Assembly (NCBI GenBank): GCA_973895155.1
Contig: OZ316895.1
Location: 14,824,816-14,888,815 of the forward strand
Direction of reading: 5' to 3'
Source: Marsupella aquatica
Lineage: Eukaryota > Plantae > Marchantiophyta
DNA: 64,000 nt
A program made the translations under genes and the position numbers. Below, piece after piece: positions 13,001-25,095 of this stretch. Position 1 is the first letter of the stretch. The number at the start of each line of letters is the position of its first letter. The notes below the pieces were generated by a model. It searched no databases. It was given only the letters and a program-made list of their open reading frames with translations, and was not told where the DNA came from.

Positions 13001-13529
13001 CCCCAGTTTGGATTCATATGAAGAGTTCATAGAAGTTGCCAAAGCCGGTGAGAATGGATGCGACACGGAGGGCCAGGTGGAGATCCAAATTCCATCACAG
13101 CCAGGTGACATACAGGGTGTGACCACAGACGGTGGAGTAGAAGTAGAGCTTTCAGCTGCTGGGAGACCTATTCGGAAGGTGAAGAGTCGGGCCAGGGCAA
13201 GTGGTAGAGTGGCAGCGGCAAAGAAGCGTAAAGCTGATGCAGAATTGAAAACTCAGGCACATCCTGAGTATGTATTGTTCTCACCACAGCAAAATGAGTT
13301 GTGTGTAGGGTATGGAAAATTGCGCCCTGAGCATATTACATTCCATTGCAAAGAAGTACCAACAGGGTATTCTGTAGTGTTGTTGACAAAGCTTGTGAAG
13401 CCAAAGACCCCTTTACCAGTTCCTAATTTGAATGATGACCCGCCACAGACAATTATTGCAGATGCTCTGAACTCTTTGGTGTTGTGGCCAACAGATTACA
13501 TAGGGACACCTGAAATGTGTGGTTTGTAG
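10013..13529 (+). pseudogene. CACTA TnpA-like multi-exon gene (Transposase_24-like core, Tnp1/En/Spm-like C-terminus), copy A
   Basis: WSKLVHHFLSE..SKS..TGRKGNAPIVEQL core (11590-12183); C-terminal VGYG..FHCKEVP..PLPVP..IADALNSLVLWP (12980-13529); several GT-AG bounded segments; in-frame TAG at 12338 (CAG in copy B). Exon structure approximate. Confidence 0.75.
12820..12940. repeat. Intronic tandem repeat (~44-bp unit ATATGTTTCCATGATTGGAGATGAGGCAAAAAATGTGTTTTGTT), one unit more than in copy B
   Basis: Direct reading; copy B counterpart at about 50000-50075. Confidence 0.85.
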
Positions 13530-13789
13530 TTTTAGCCTAAACTTAGAAACAACTGCATGATTGGTGCCAAATGTTACCTAGATATTTCATAATGCAGAGT
13601 TGAATTGAGATTCACTGGATCATTCACTGGATCATCCACTGTTTGTATGAAATTATGCATGTATGTTCAATAGTTAATATGAGTTCTAAGATTCGAATAG
13701 AACTATGTTGTCTCTCATGTTTTCATGTAAGACTTGTGTACTTGTATGCTTGAGTGCTTGAATGTATGCTTGTATGCTTGAGTTGACTA

Positions 13790-14425
13790 TTAGTCATGTT
13801 TCTAGTGCTATGTGCAGGTTGCAATTGCCTTAGGTCGAGTCTAAATTTTGACCAAAAGGGTCAAAGAATGCAGTCGTGAACTAGACTAATGAGTCATTTT
13901 GGGTCATTAAGATATGACCGTGATATATTACATCGTGGTCCCCAATAAGACCAACCAGTCTAGCCCAATCTTAAGATTTTTCAGGATGATTAGTCATCTG
14001 TAGTCATCATCTGTCACTAATGTGCCCATACACTCTAAACTTTTAAGACCAACTAGTCATAATCAGTCGTCTGTGTTCCATTATTGAACCATAGCACCAG
14101 TCATATATGCGAAAGGAAACTCTTCCTCACTGACTGTTTGTGACTAATTCATACCTCATTTTGAGTCATACAAATGACTACTTTGCAGTCATTTGTAAGA
14201 CTACACCTGCTCCAAATCCCAAAATGCCCAAGTACGGATTTGGTCATTATTAGTCACAAAATGTGTCTTAAACCCTAGTCACATAGTTGACCACTCGATT
14301 TCAGTCACTTTAAATAAGACGCTATGTCAAAATTACGACTGGCTTGATACCCCCCAAACTTTAGTCACAAGGAGTCATGGGCAGTCATAAAACTTAGTCA
14401 TAAAACACCCCGGTTTCTACTAGTG
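13790..14425. repeat. CACTA 3' terminus with dense subterminal AGTCA/TGACT motifs (copy A)
   Basis: Many (T/C)AGTCA and TGACT motifs in both orientations leading to TACTAGTG; typical TnpA-binding subterminal array. Confidence 0.8.
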
Positions 14426-14429
14426 TCAC

Positions 14430-15012
14430 ATGTAAAAATTAAACATTTATGGAGGAGAAGTTAATTGGGTCATCTTCAACATTGAAACCCTTGATCAACA
14501 GGGTGAGCAATATATCCAACTTGCAGATGGCTTTAACAAAGGGAGTATAGGTGAGTTACTGATTGTTATTAGTTAATTATATGCCTTCACGTTTAATTTG
14601 TATATATATATATATGCTTCCTAATCTGCATTTGTTGTATGATTCAAGGTAGGGGTCAATAAGATCACAAGAGAATGAGATTTCTGATGAGCTGTTGGCA
14701 CTTACAAAGAAAGACCAGGTGAGAGTTACATTTACAAATTGGTTGAATTGCCTATGCTTTTGTGTAAAAATGGCTTACGTTTATCTCACTGCACATTTGC
14801 CTTTGTTTTAGGAATCAAATGCTTTGAAGCTGTTGGAGGCGCAGAGCAATTTTGGCATTCCTTACGATAATGATGGGGTCAACTATGAGTCTGAAATTGC
14901 CAAATTGAATCCAATCCTTTATGGAAGAATGTGCGGATCCTTCAAAAGGCCTAATGTTTCAGTAAAAAATAGTCTGACAGAGAATCAATTACATAATTGT
15001 TCAATTGTTTAG
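14430..15012 (+). pseudogene. Spliced gene remnant immediately downstream of the CACTA terminus, product unknown
   Basis: Exon-like segments GEVNWVIFNIETLDQQGEQYIQLADGFNKGSI|GTGAGT, ..ENEISDELLALTKKDQ|GTGAGA and TTTTAG|ESNALKLLEAQSNFGIPY.. separated by AT-rich intron-like DNA; one internal stop. Confidence 0.35.
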
Positions 15013-16699
15013 TGACTATTAAGATTGTATAGCCAATCAAGGAGGAGGATAAGGAGAATGTGGGATCATTAAGATAGATTTGATAGTTGAGCAGCAGAGC
15101 ACACTGATCATTGATATACTATATTGAATTTTTAGGACTAGTATGTAGAACAGAAAGATAGTGATGGACCTAGCTACCCAGCGCCCTCACCAATCCCAAC
15201 ACCCATGCCTAAGTGCCCCTGGTGCCCGAACGCCTCCACGAAATACCTCGAGCAAGCAACCTAGTGCCCCTTGCACCGCCAATGGCCCCTCCCATATGAA
15301 GCCGCACTTGCTCTCCAACACGACCGCTACTCAACGGTCCTCACTGTCTACACAAGCGACCAAGCGTCTCGGTAAGTAACCCTTCAGGATCTAGATCCCC
15401 CAAGTCTAGAATCTTAATTCAAGCTCAACAGACATTGGTAAGTAGGTCAGCGATAGGTCCTCTCGATGCCATAAGCCGGAACCAAAACTGACGCCCATTG
15501 TTCATCCAGAACAACTCCTTCCTTGGGCGTAGCCCGGGATCCCCCTTGTACCTATCCATCACCAACTGACCGCCCTGCCCCCAGGACATGCTCATGGCCC
15601 AAATAGCGTAGCTTGTCCCAACACGCCGGGACCAGAATGGCCCTGACTTTAGCAACCAACTCCCGGTTCAAATGGCGACCACCAACAAAAAACTTCACTA
15701 TATACTAACCAGGACAGGAGATAAACTTTACGTATGTTCATGACAATCTTGGTCATCCGTTACTTGGCTGTACCCGCTCTCCTCGGTTCCTCCACAGTCA
15801 CTCTTAGCTACCATCAGTTACGATAGTGTCAGAACCTGGTCAAACCATTACAACCTAGTAACAGTTGACCTGACCGTCATTATCCAGACATAATGGTCCA
15901 CCACAAGCCCGTTGGTCAAAGTTAAGGGCATGTCTGCTACAAACAGACCACAAATGTTTTGGCATAGACAATAGACAAGATCAATACCTTATGACACACT
16001 GTGAGCATACCTTCTTTGCACATTCTAGAAAATTATGACTTACAAATGCCTCAAAACCATTGGCCCAAATGCCCTTGTAGTCAACCAATGCCCTTAACAA
16101 GGCGGTGAAGGTATATGCTTAATAGATTCACAAACAACATTTTCTTGATTGTTACCTGCAATTACAGTTTTTACCTTGACAATTTTGGGTGCAATGTTCA
16201 TGTATGGAGCATTCGATTGTGTACTACAACACATGAAAATTTCTCATATGAACCCAATTCATGGCAGAATCGTGTTTTATAACTTGACCAATCATCAACT
16301 CCTTGGTTGAGGGCCTACTCAAACTACGACAACCAAGGATTTAAAAATGATGTGAATACGGTATGTGTAATGTCTTTGAATGTTCAATACAAAATCATTC
16401 TCACGAACGTGGTCTAGATGTTAATTTTTTCAAGTTTTGTTAGGAATATATTGTATTGGAATTTATTGGGAGGCTCAATGTCTTCTTGTTAGGGTTGGGT
16501 GGCACTCTAACTAGTGTTGTAAGGTACTTTTAGGGATGTCAATTATTGGAGATCGAGGACAATGTCACAATCCATCTTTGGTGTAGGGGGGATTTGTGTG
16601 AAATGGACATTCCTAAATATGACAAATTACCACCACGGGATAGAGTGTGCCCAAGAATATTAAGCCACAATCTCGACCACAATTTCTTGTTCTCCTTCG

Positions 16700-17130
16700 A
16701 ATAAGCCACGTTGTCCAGGACCTTCTATTTTGTCTAAAATACCTCATAGATGAAGTGATAACCAATGTCAATGTGTTTTGTCCAAGCATGGAACATAGGG
16801 TTCTTAGCCAGATGCAAAACACTTTGAATATCACACGATAACACCTATCTTTCAGGTGAAAGACCCAAATCACTCACCAATCTTTGTAGCCTGATCAGCG
16901 GGCAGATCAGCTCCATGTTTGCCTCATAGGCAACCACGTACTCAGTCTCAGTAGTAGACAACGCAACACAGGATTGAGTTGTCGACTTTCAGCTGATACA
17001 ACCTCCACATAGCATGAACACATAGCTTGTAGGACTTAGACTTCATGTTATCCAAGTTACTAGCATAATTTTAATCTACAAAACCTCTCAACTTTAAAGT
17101 AGAGTCTGCTTTACTGTCAAATAAAACTAG
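16700..17130 (-). mobile_element. Degenerate Ty1/copia RT/RNase H fragment
   Basis: Minus-strand translation GFVD.NYA..SYVFMLCGGCIS.KSTTQSCVALSTTETEY..CDIQSVLHLAKNPMFHAWTKHIDIGYHFI with stops. Confidence 0.8.
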
Positions 17131-18273
17131 CAAAATCTTATTCAACCCGTACCTAAGGGGGGTCAAAATGGTCACTTTGACCCCCGTTGGGTATCTTAGG
17201 TCCCAAAATCCACACGAATTGATTTCTCAGGTGGCACGTACTAAACTCCCTTGAGTAACTATTGCCTTGCAAAGTCTCATGAACAAATTCTACCTCAAAA
17301 AACGCCAAATCTAGATTTTCTTGCCAAAAAACAACTCCATGGAAAAGTATCTTTTTGAGGGAATCAAAGTACAACATTTTTATAGCAGAAAGAATGTGGC
17401 ACCAGCACCTGTCCAATTAGAATCTAAGGAAAAACAATCCGGGAAAGAAAAGAAAGAGAAAACTTTGTCTTTGGGCTGATCTAGGCTAGCGTTCACCCCC
17501 TCTAGCAATACTGCCAAGGTATTTGTACTAGACAAAACTTAGAGGGCTTAGTGGCAACTTTGCACAACAAAGAAATCATGGGAGCTCAATGCTCGTCAGC
17601 CCAGCCCCCACAAAAGTTTGCAAAGTCAACTCAATGCTCCTCAACGCAGCCCCACACAAGCTCAGCATAGCTCAGCCTCACAAGGAACCCGATATCATTA
17701 CAACTTGCAAAGGGCTCAATAGCATAACACAAAAGAATCATCAGACCTCACAAAAAGCCCACTAGAACCAAAAAATGCAAGCTCAATTTCAATGATAAAT
17801 CTACTATAGAATTGAATACTTCATATACTTGGAGTATAGAAGCAAGGTCAAATTTTGGTAGACTGAATTCTAGAATTGTAGATAGTGAGCTCAACTCAAC
17901 TCCTAATTACGGCAAAGACAAACCACTAACAGCTGCCAAGCTTTGCTTCTCATTGAAAGTAAATCTTATTGCATAAGTCCCTTTCCATTGAAAGATTGTC
18001 TCTCGCTTGTCTCTTCTCAGAGCTTAACTCAGTGATGGGTCAAATACATCAAATAGGTAGATAGACCTGGAAATATAGCTTTGTCGGAAGCAATGAAATT
18101 ACAACGATGTAGATAGTTTTGATGAGTAAAATGACCATTACTCATGATATTAAGTCATCATGCACATATGCAACATCCATCAAATACACAACCAGTCAAC
18201 ACAAATACATAGTTCACCTCACCAAAGGCAACATTCATTGGAACACACAAGAGAGCTTTATTGAACTCTTAAT

Positions 18274-18617
18274 TGTTGAGCAAAGACGACATTTGTAACG
18301 GCAAGCCCATGAACCATCCAACGCACAAGAGTTGACACAGAGAGATACGTGGTTCACCTCCACATGAGGCTACGTCCACGGGAACACATAAGAGCTTTAC
18401 TGCACTCTAGGCCGACCGGCCATACCAAGCATCCACAGCACAAGCTCTCCCAATCTCTCAACTAGCTCCGTAACAATGAGCCTAAGTTCCACCAGGGTCT
18501 GGCATCAGCCCTGGCTATATGCACAACAACACTACCGCTAACCTTAGCTAGGTCCTAACCCGAGTTAGCCTAACTGTGGTTAGCACAAGAGTCACAAAAC
18601 TAGAGCAATATCTAACA
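18274..18617 (-). repeat. 3' LTR (344 bp)
   Basis: TG...CA ends; 7 differences (all transitions, counted by eye) from the 5' LTR. Confidence 0.95.
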
Positions 18618-18630
18618 AACTCCCCCTTGA
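18618..18630 (-). other. Polypurine tract
   Basis: Minus strand TCAAGGGGGAGTT directly before the 3' LTR. Confidence 0.85.
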
Positions 18631-18824
18631 CTCTTGTCTTGGGGACTGGACTAAATGCTACCATATGGAATCCTCAGCGGGAAGTTCTAGACAATCACCA
18701 AACCAGGTCTCCCCCTAAAAACCATAAGGGTTAACTAAGGGTTAACTAGAACTAAGCCGTAGCCTAACAGGAATGAGTAATCCATATACAAATAGTCACA
18801 CATTGCTAAATAACTCTACTTGCA

Positions 18825-21800
18825 CTACAACTGCAAAACCTGCAAAGTAGCACGGTGTCTTGAGAAACTCTCCAAATGAATCACTTTGGTAAAGGCATCA
18901 GCGGGATTGAGCTTTCCATCAATCTTGACTAGCTCAAAAGTTTTATCAGACACTGCTTGCCTGATAAAATGGTACCTGATATCAATGTGCTTCACCCTGC
19001 TATCCATCACCTGGTTAGCAGCCAAGTGAAGAGCACTCTGACTATCACAGTTTAGAGTCATTTTTCCATGCTCTAAATCCATCTCCGCGATCAACTTATC
19101 CAACCAAATTGCTTCCTTTGCAGCTTCTGCTGCTGTAACATACTCTGCTTCTGTAGTAGACTGAGATATGCATTTCTGCAAGGTAGATTTCCAACTGATA
19201 CATCCTCCTCCAAGAGTGTATACAAACCCAGTTGTAGACCTCCTTGTATCCAAACAGCCTCCATAGTCAGAATCTACATAGCCAACTAACGTTCTATCTG
19301 ATCTATTATCAAATAGTAATCCATAGTCCTGTGTACCCTTCAGATACCTGAGAATCTACTTCACAGCTTCCCAATGTACCTTTCCTGGATTTGACATGTA
19401 TCTGCTAACCTTGCCCATCGCTAGGGCCAAGTCAGGCCTAGTACAAGTCATCAAATACATCAGAGTGCCTACTGCCTTCTCATAAGGAATCTTAGCCATC
19501 AGACCTTTCTCCACAGCATCCGTAGGAGAGAAAGCCGATGATAACTTGAAATGTGAAGCTAAAGGAATACTCACTGGCTTACAGTTTTCCATGTTGAATC
19601 GTGCAAGTACTTTCCTCGCATACTGGCCTTGACTCAAGCACAACTATCCAGTATCAGAGTTCCTAAAAATCTCCATCCCTAAGATCCTCTTAGCCTTACC
19701 AAGATCCTTCATCCTGAATTCAGCACTCAATTTTGCCTTGAGACTGTCAACCTCAGATTGATCTTTAGCCACAATCAGCATGTCATCCACATAGATCACT
19801 AGAATGATGAACCCAAACACATCATTCTTGACTGATTTCGTATACACACAAGGATCATACATCATCCTTGTAAAACCTTGAGCAAGCATGAAATCATCAA
19901 ATCGCTTGTTCCACTGTCTGGGAGACTGCTTCAATCCATACAAGGACTTGAGCAATCTGCAAACTAAGCTCTCTTGGCCCTTCTTCATAAAGCCTACTAG
20001 ATGTCTCATGAAGATCATCTCTTCCAAGTTGCCATAGAGAAAAAGCAATAACAACATCCATCTGATCCATCACCAGACCAAAAAACACAACAAGCTGACA
20101 CAAGATCTGAATTGTGGAATACTTAGCCACCGGTGAAAAGACCTCATTGTAATCCACTCCTTTCTCCTGAGTGAACCCCTTGGCAACAAGCCTTGCCTTG
20201 TAGATCTTATCTCCACCCTCTGAAGGACTGTCCTTCAACTTGTAAATCCACTTGCTGTCCACCACTTGCTGACCTCTTGGAAGCTCCACCAGCTTCCATG
20301 TCTTGTTGTCACTCAAAGATTGCAACTCCCTCTGCATTGCTGCATTCCACTCATGCTTCTGCTCTGAAGCACAAGTCTCACTATACGAAGAAGGCTCTCC
20401 TTCTTCCAAGATCAAAGCCATGTCATCTTCATCAGGTGCAATGTCAATATCATCTAGCTTAGATAAGTCTGCCCATTGACCATACCTGGTAGGAGCTCTA
20501 GTAGAACGACTGGAAGTTCTTCTAGTAGATGACTCAGGCTGATCTGTTGCTGCTGCTGGTTGAATTTGAGGTACCCCAGCAATAATTTTCTCCTCTTGTT
20601 CCATCACAGGAACCAGCTCCAAGCTTGGAGCTTCTCCATCTCTCCTGTCATGAACTGCATCATGACTAATCTCCCCCTCAACCCGGTCCGGGATGGGAGA
20701 TTTCCCCTTGTCAGTATGGGAGTCCTGAGAACTCTCCCCCTCCTTTGATGATCTGGATTCATTAAAGGACACATCTCTATTGACAATTAGCTTATAGGTT
20801 ACTTGATCCCATAACCTATAACCCTTCACACCTTTTTGATAACCAAGGAAAATGCACTTCTTCGACCTGGACTCCAACTTGGATCGAAGCTGGGAAGGTG
20901 TAAGCACATAAGCATCACATCCAAAAATCCTCAGATGTGAGTAATCTGCTGGACGCCCGTACCTCATTTCAAATGGCGTCTTGAATCCAATAGAACTGGA
21001 TGGAGAAAAATTTACCAAATAAGCTGCAGTGTTGACAGCTTCAGCCCAAAACTCATGTGGTAAGCATGATTGACTCAACATACTCCTCAAGCGGTCCAAT
21101 AGTGTTCGGTTGAGTCTCTCAGAAACACCATTCTGCTGAGGAGTATAACTTGTTGTGAGATGGCGGGTAATCCCTTGCTCCTTACAATACGTTCCAAATT
21201 CACCGAAACTGTATTCACCGCCATTATCCGATCGAAGATATCTCACCTTATTACCAGTCTAATTTTCAACTTGGGCTTTCCACTCCTTAAAAGTGGCAAA
21301 AATATCAGACTTATTGTGTAGAAAGTATATCCACACATACCTTGAGTAATCGTCTGTGAACGTGACATAGTATAACCGTCCAGAATGTGAGGGAGTAGGG
21401 GCTGGACCCCACACATCACTATGTACATACTCAAGTACCTCCTTGCTGGTGTGAGTTCCAACTCCAAAGGGTTTCCTGTGCTGCTTCCCTAGCACACAGT
21501 GCTCACAAAATTCCAACTTACAAGATTGCAAATTAGAAAGTAATCCTTTCTTCTGAAGAATAACCAAACCTTTTTCACTCATGTGGCCCAAACGGAAGTG
21601 CCACAGCCGGGCCGTCTCCTCATGACATAAGTTTACATTGGCTTCATCACAGACTACACTGCCCTCCAAAACGTATAGATTGCAATGTCTCTTTCCCTTC
21701 AATACAACTTTAGTACTAGTTGAAACCTGAAGGACACCATTAGTAGAACTCCACTGATGGCCATTTGCCTCTAAAACTCCAAGTGAAATGAGATTTTTCA

Positions 21801-23110
21801 TCATGCTGGGAATATGTCTCACATTCCTCAATGTTCTCACAGCACCATCAAACATCTGAAATCTTACAGATCCAAGTCCAACAACTTGACATGGGATTCC
21901 ATTTTCCATCAACACTGACCCGTTGGAAACCGTATAAGAACTGAAACAATCTCTTCTAGAGCAAATGTGAAAAGTACATGCACTATCTAGAATCCAGTCA
22001 TCACTACCTAGATTTGACACTACGTTGAGAGCATAACCTTGACATCACAATATGTCATCATCATCGAGTAAGTCTACCTCATGCGAGCTCGATGCCGCGT
22101 TAGCAGAGGCAGTAGGGACCTTTACTCGACAATCCCTTTTCATGTGGCCAGGCTTGTCACAATTCCAACATGCAAGAGGCTTCCTCTCTTGCGATTTCCC
22201 TCTGGATTTAGATCTCCCCCGTGATGTAGATCTAAACCTCTTTTGCCCATTCGTGCACTGCGCTGCTCTTCCCCTGTTCACATTGAGCGCAGTGCCAGAA
22301 GAAGATACTGTCTGTGATTGACCCAACTTCTTCTGAGCATCATCAGACAGTAAAGAGCTCACCACCTCATTATACAAAATGGACTTCAGATCTCTGTACA
22401 AGAGCACCTGTTTCAAGCCCTGATATGACGGCGGTAAGGAGCTTAGCAGAAGCAAGGCCTTATCCTCATCTTCAACTCCTTTTCCTAGGTTTGACAGATC
22501 AACCGCTAGACTGCCAAACTCATCTAGGTGATCCTGCATCTTGCTCCCTTCCTTGAGCCTGAGGCTCATCAAGAGAGACTTCTTGTACAGCCGGTCTGAC
22601 GCATCTTCCCGGTAGTACTTCTCTCTTAGAGCCTTGAACAGTGATGCGCAATCCGCATAATCATCTAGCTGCTTGATGATGTGCGGCTTGAGATATAGCA
22701 TCACTGCATTGACAACAATCACCTGCTCCTGTCTCCATTGCCTCACTGAAATCTCCTCCTCTCCATCATACTGCTCTCGCGAAGAGAGCAGATGAGCTAA
22801 GCCCATGGCTCGAAGAACACCCTTCACTTGCTTCTCCCACAGCAAGTAATCAGTACGACCATCGTACTTCTCCACCTCAAATTTCACTCCTCCAAAATCT
22901 AGCCATCTCCCTCTTCTTCCCCACTACCAACAGCTCTGGTAGTAACACAGCTTCCTCCACTGCACGCCTCACCGGTGATCGTACCGGTGTCACTAGTTCT
23001 TCCTCAAACGGTAGCAGCTCCTCCTCAGACTCTCCGTCTGACTGTCGCGATCCTGAAGCTCCACCGATGCCAATTCTTCCAGTATCCTCCGAGTCACTCA
23101 TATGAAACAA
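18825..23110 (-). pseudogene. copia gag-pol polyprotein, disrupted
   Basis: KFEVEKYDG, CWNCDKPGHMKRDC knuckle, WILDSACTFH protease, HSDVWGP/RSDNGGEY integrase, YGLKQSPRQW and YVDDM RT, KHIDIRYHFIR RNase H. Stops near 22045, 21259, 19644, 19356; frameshifts near 22890 and 20045. Confidence 0.95.
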
Positions 23111-24737
23111 TCACGAAAAAACGTCTTTTTTCGAAATTTCTCATAAAACTCAAAACTCAACACCGCCGCGTAGCCCACGAAGCTAGGAGTCCAATACTGA
23201 AATCCGAAATCAAAATCGAAAATTGACGGAAAAGTTATTCAAATTTCAGTCGGGGTGGGTAAAACCTTGGGAAACTCCCCCGTTTTGACCACCTCGGAGA
23301 ATAACCAAAATACCAAGTACAACCCGTTGTCGGAATTGCGATGTGATCGGTGCGTCGCGTTGCTAACTCCAGTGGCAACGTCCTCACCAAAAAAGAACCA
23401 AAAAAGTTACCGTTCGGCGGACGGAATCTTTGTCGGACGGCCGAAAAACAGCCCTCTGTTTTTTGGGAATATTCTTGCACAGTCCAACAGGTCTCACAGG
23501 GGGCCGTTCCCCCTATCTGAGTGGTTAAAACGGAGGGCGACAGGTCCCGGCACAAGAGGAAAAGCAAGGGGAAAGAAAAAGGCTTAAAATAGGGCCCTAA
23601 AGGGGGTGAAAAGCCCCTTTAAACAAGAATACATGTAAAAGGGCCGTCGTACGCACATGGGGTATACCCGGGCGGCTGCATACGCAGCCGCGTATGCCGT
23701 ATGCTGGGCCGGGGAACAAAAAAAACTTTTGCGAGGAGGAGTGAGGGGCGACCGGCGGCCGGCAGGTCGCGCGTAGAAGGAGGCAGGGCTCGAAGGGCGT
23801 CGGGGCCGGCCAAAGGGAGGAAAGCACGAAAAAATTCCCCCCTAATGTAAACACAAAAATTCGCCTGGCTGCTTCGCAACCGTGTTCGTTCAAACCGGGT
23901 CAGGGCGGCTACCATTGCACCGGCCGGCGCTCCGAAAAACAGCCGTGACAAGAAGTGTGCAGGACGGGGGCGCGCGAGAGGACGTATGTGCGAGGGGAGG
24001 GTGCAGAAACGGGATGTGTATACACATGGAAAAAATTAGCCCTAAAGTAACCCAGAAACAAATGCTAGTTACACACCTTGCCGCCGTTTGAGACAAGGAA
24101 AGTGAATGCCGCCGACGGTAAAAAGTGGCCGAATTGCACCGGCACAGTCTGCTGCTCCAGCAGAGTAGAAATTTTCCGCCGTGACGCCTTCACTCCGCGT
24201 CAAGTGCCAATCCCGGGCTCAAAACGACCGCCTCGCCGCAATCAAACCGTTGAGCCGTAGCACTTCGCGTTTCTTTCACCGGGTTGGACGTCACGAAGAT
24301 AAACCCGGTTCAGTTGTGAACAAGCTCCATAGCATGTGAAAAAACCTGAACGCCTCCATCACTCGTCACGTCGCACTTGGTAACAACTCGGTAGCAATCC
24401 AGCAACCGAAACGACCAGCTCGCTTCAACCTTCAACTTGAGCTATAATGTGTGATCCCTCCCGTACCGCACAGCTCACTCCGTTGAAAAACGCAAACTCT
24501 GGTCTCTCCCCAAAAATACCGTCGAACACGAATAAAACCCTGAACGATGCAAACTTCGATTCCTCCGCACCACGGATACCGATCAGCGAGTTCTAACCAC
24601 CGTTAGAAAGCCCTCTCACTAACCTATCCGCACAGCCACACACATTCAAGTTTCATGCGACGAAACCCTGAATGTACCATCAACAATGAACGCTGGAAAA
24701 ACCCATCACGAAAAAAGCCTTGTCACCTCCCAGGCAT

Positions 24738-24749
24738 GCTCTGATACCA
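24738..24749 (-). other. Primer-binding site, initiator tRNA-Met
   Basis: Minus strand TGGTATCAGAGC, 2 nt after the 5' LTR. Confidence 0.92.
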
Positions 24750-24751
24750 CT

Positions 24752-25095
24752 TGTTGAGCAAAGACGACATTCATAACGGCAAGCCCATGAACCATCCAAC
24801 GCACAAGAGTCGACACAGAGAGATACGTGGTTCACCTCCACATGAGGCTACGTCCACGGGAACACACAAGAGCTTTACTGCACTCTAGGCCGACCGGCCA
24901 TACCAAGCATCCACAGCACAAGCTCTCCCAATCTCTCAACTAGCTCCGTAACAATGAGCCTAAGTTCCACCAAGGTCTGGCATCAGCCCTGGCTATATGC
25001 ACAACAACACTACCACTAACCTTAGCTAGGTCCTAACCCGAGTTAGCCTAACTGTGGTTAGCACAAGAGTCACAAGACTAGAGCAATATCTAACA
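24752..25095 (-). repeat. 5' LTR (344 bp)
   Basis: Direct repeat of 18274-18617, adjacent to the PBS. Confidence 0.95.

Larger units (their letters stand above)
1..14425 (+). mobile_element. CACTA (En/Spm) DNA transposon, copy A; 5' end lies left of the window
   Basis: Ends in ...CCCCGGTTTCTACTAGTG (reverse complement CACTAGTAGAAACCGGGG) at 14425. Encodes Tnp2/TnpD-type and TnpA-type proteins. Colinear inverted homology to 48551-62626. The 3 bp after the terminus are TCA (candidate TSD, partner outside window). Confidence 0.95.
18274..25095 (-). mobile_element. Full-length Ty1/copia LTR retrotransposon (Tnt1/Tork-like), 6822 bp
   Basis: Two 344-bp LTRs, TSD TTAAT (18269-18273, 25096-25100), PBS, PPT, gag-PR-IN-RT-RH domain order. 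Confidence 0.97.

Noticed and set aside
15150-15700. Possible gypsy LTR/PBS remnant (TGGCGACCAC near 15672)
   Set aside because: No second LTR, TSD or coding domain identifiable.
22045-22047. Programmed stop read-through between gag and pol
   Set aside because: In-frame TGA is followed by TGTCAA, not a CARYYA read-through motif, and the element has several other random stops.
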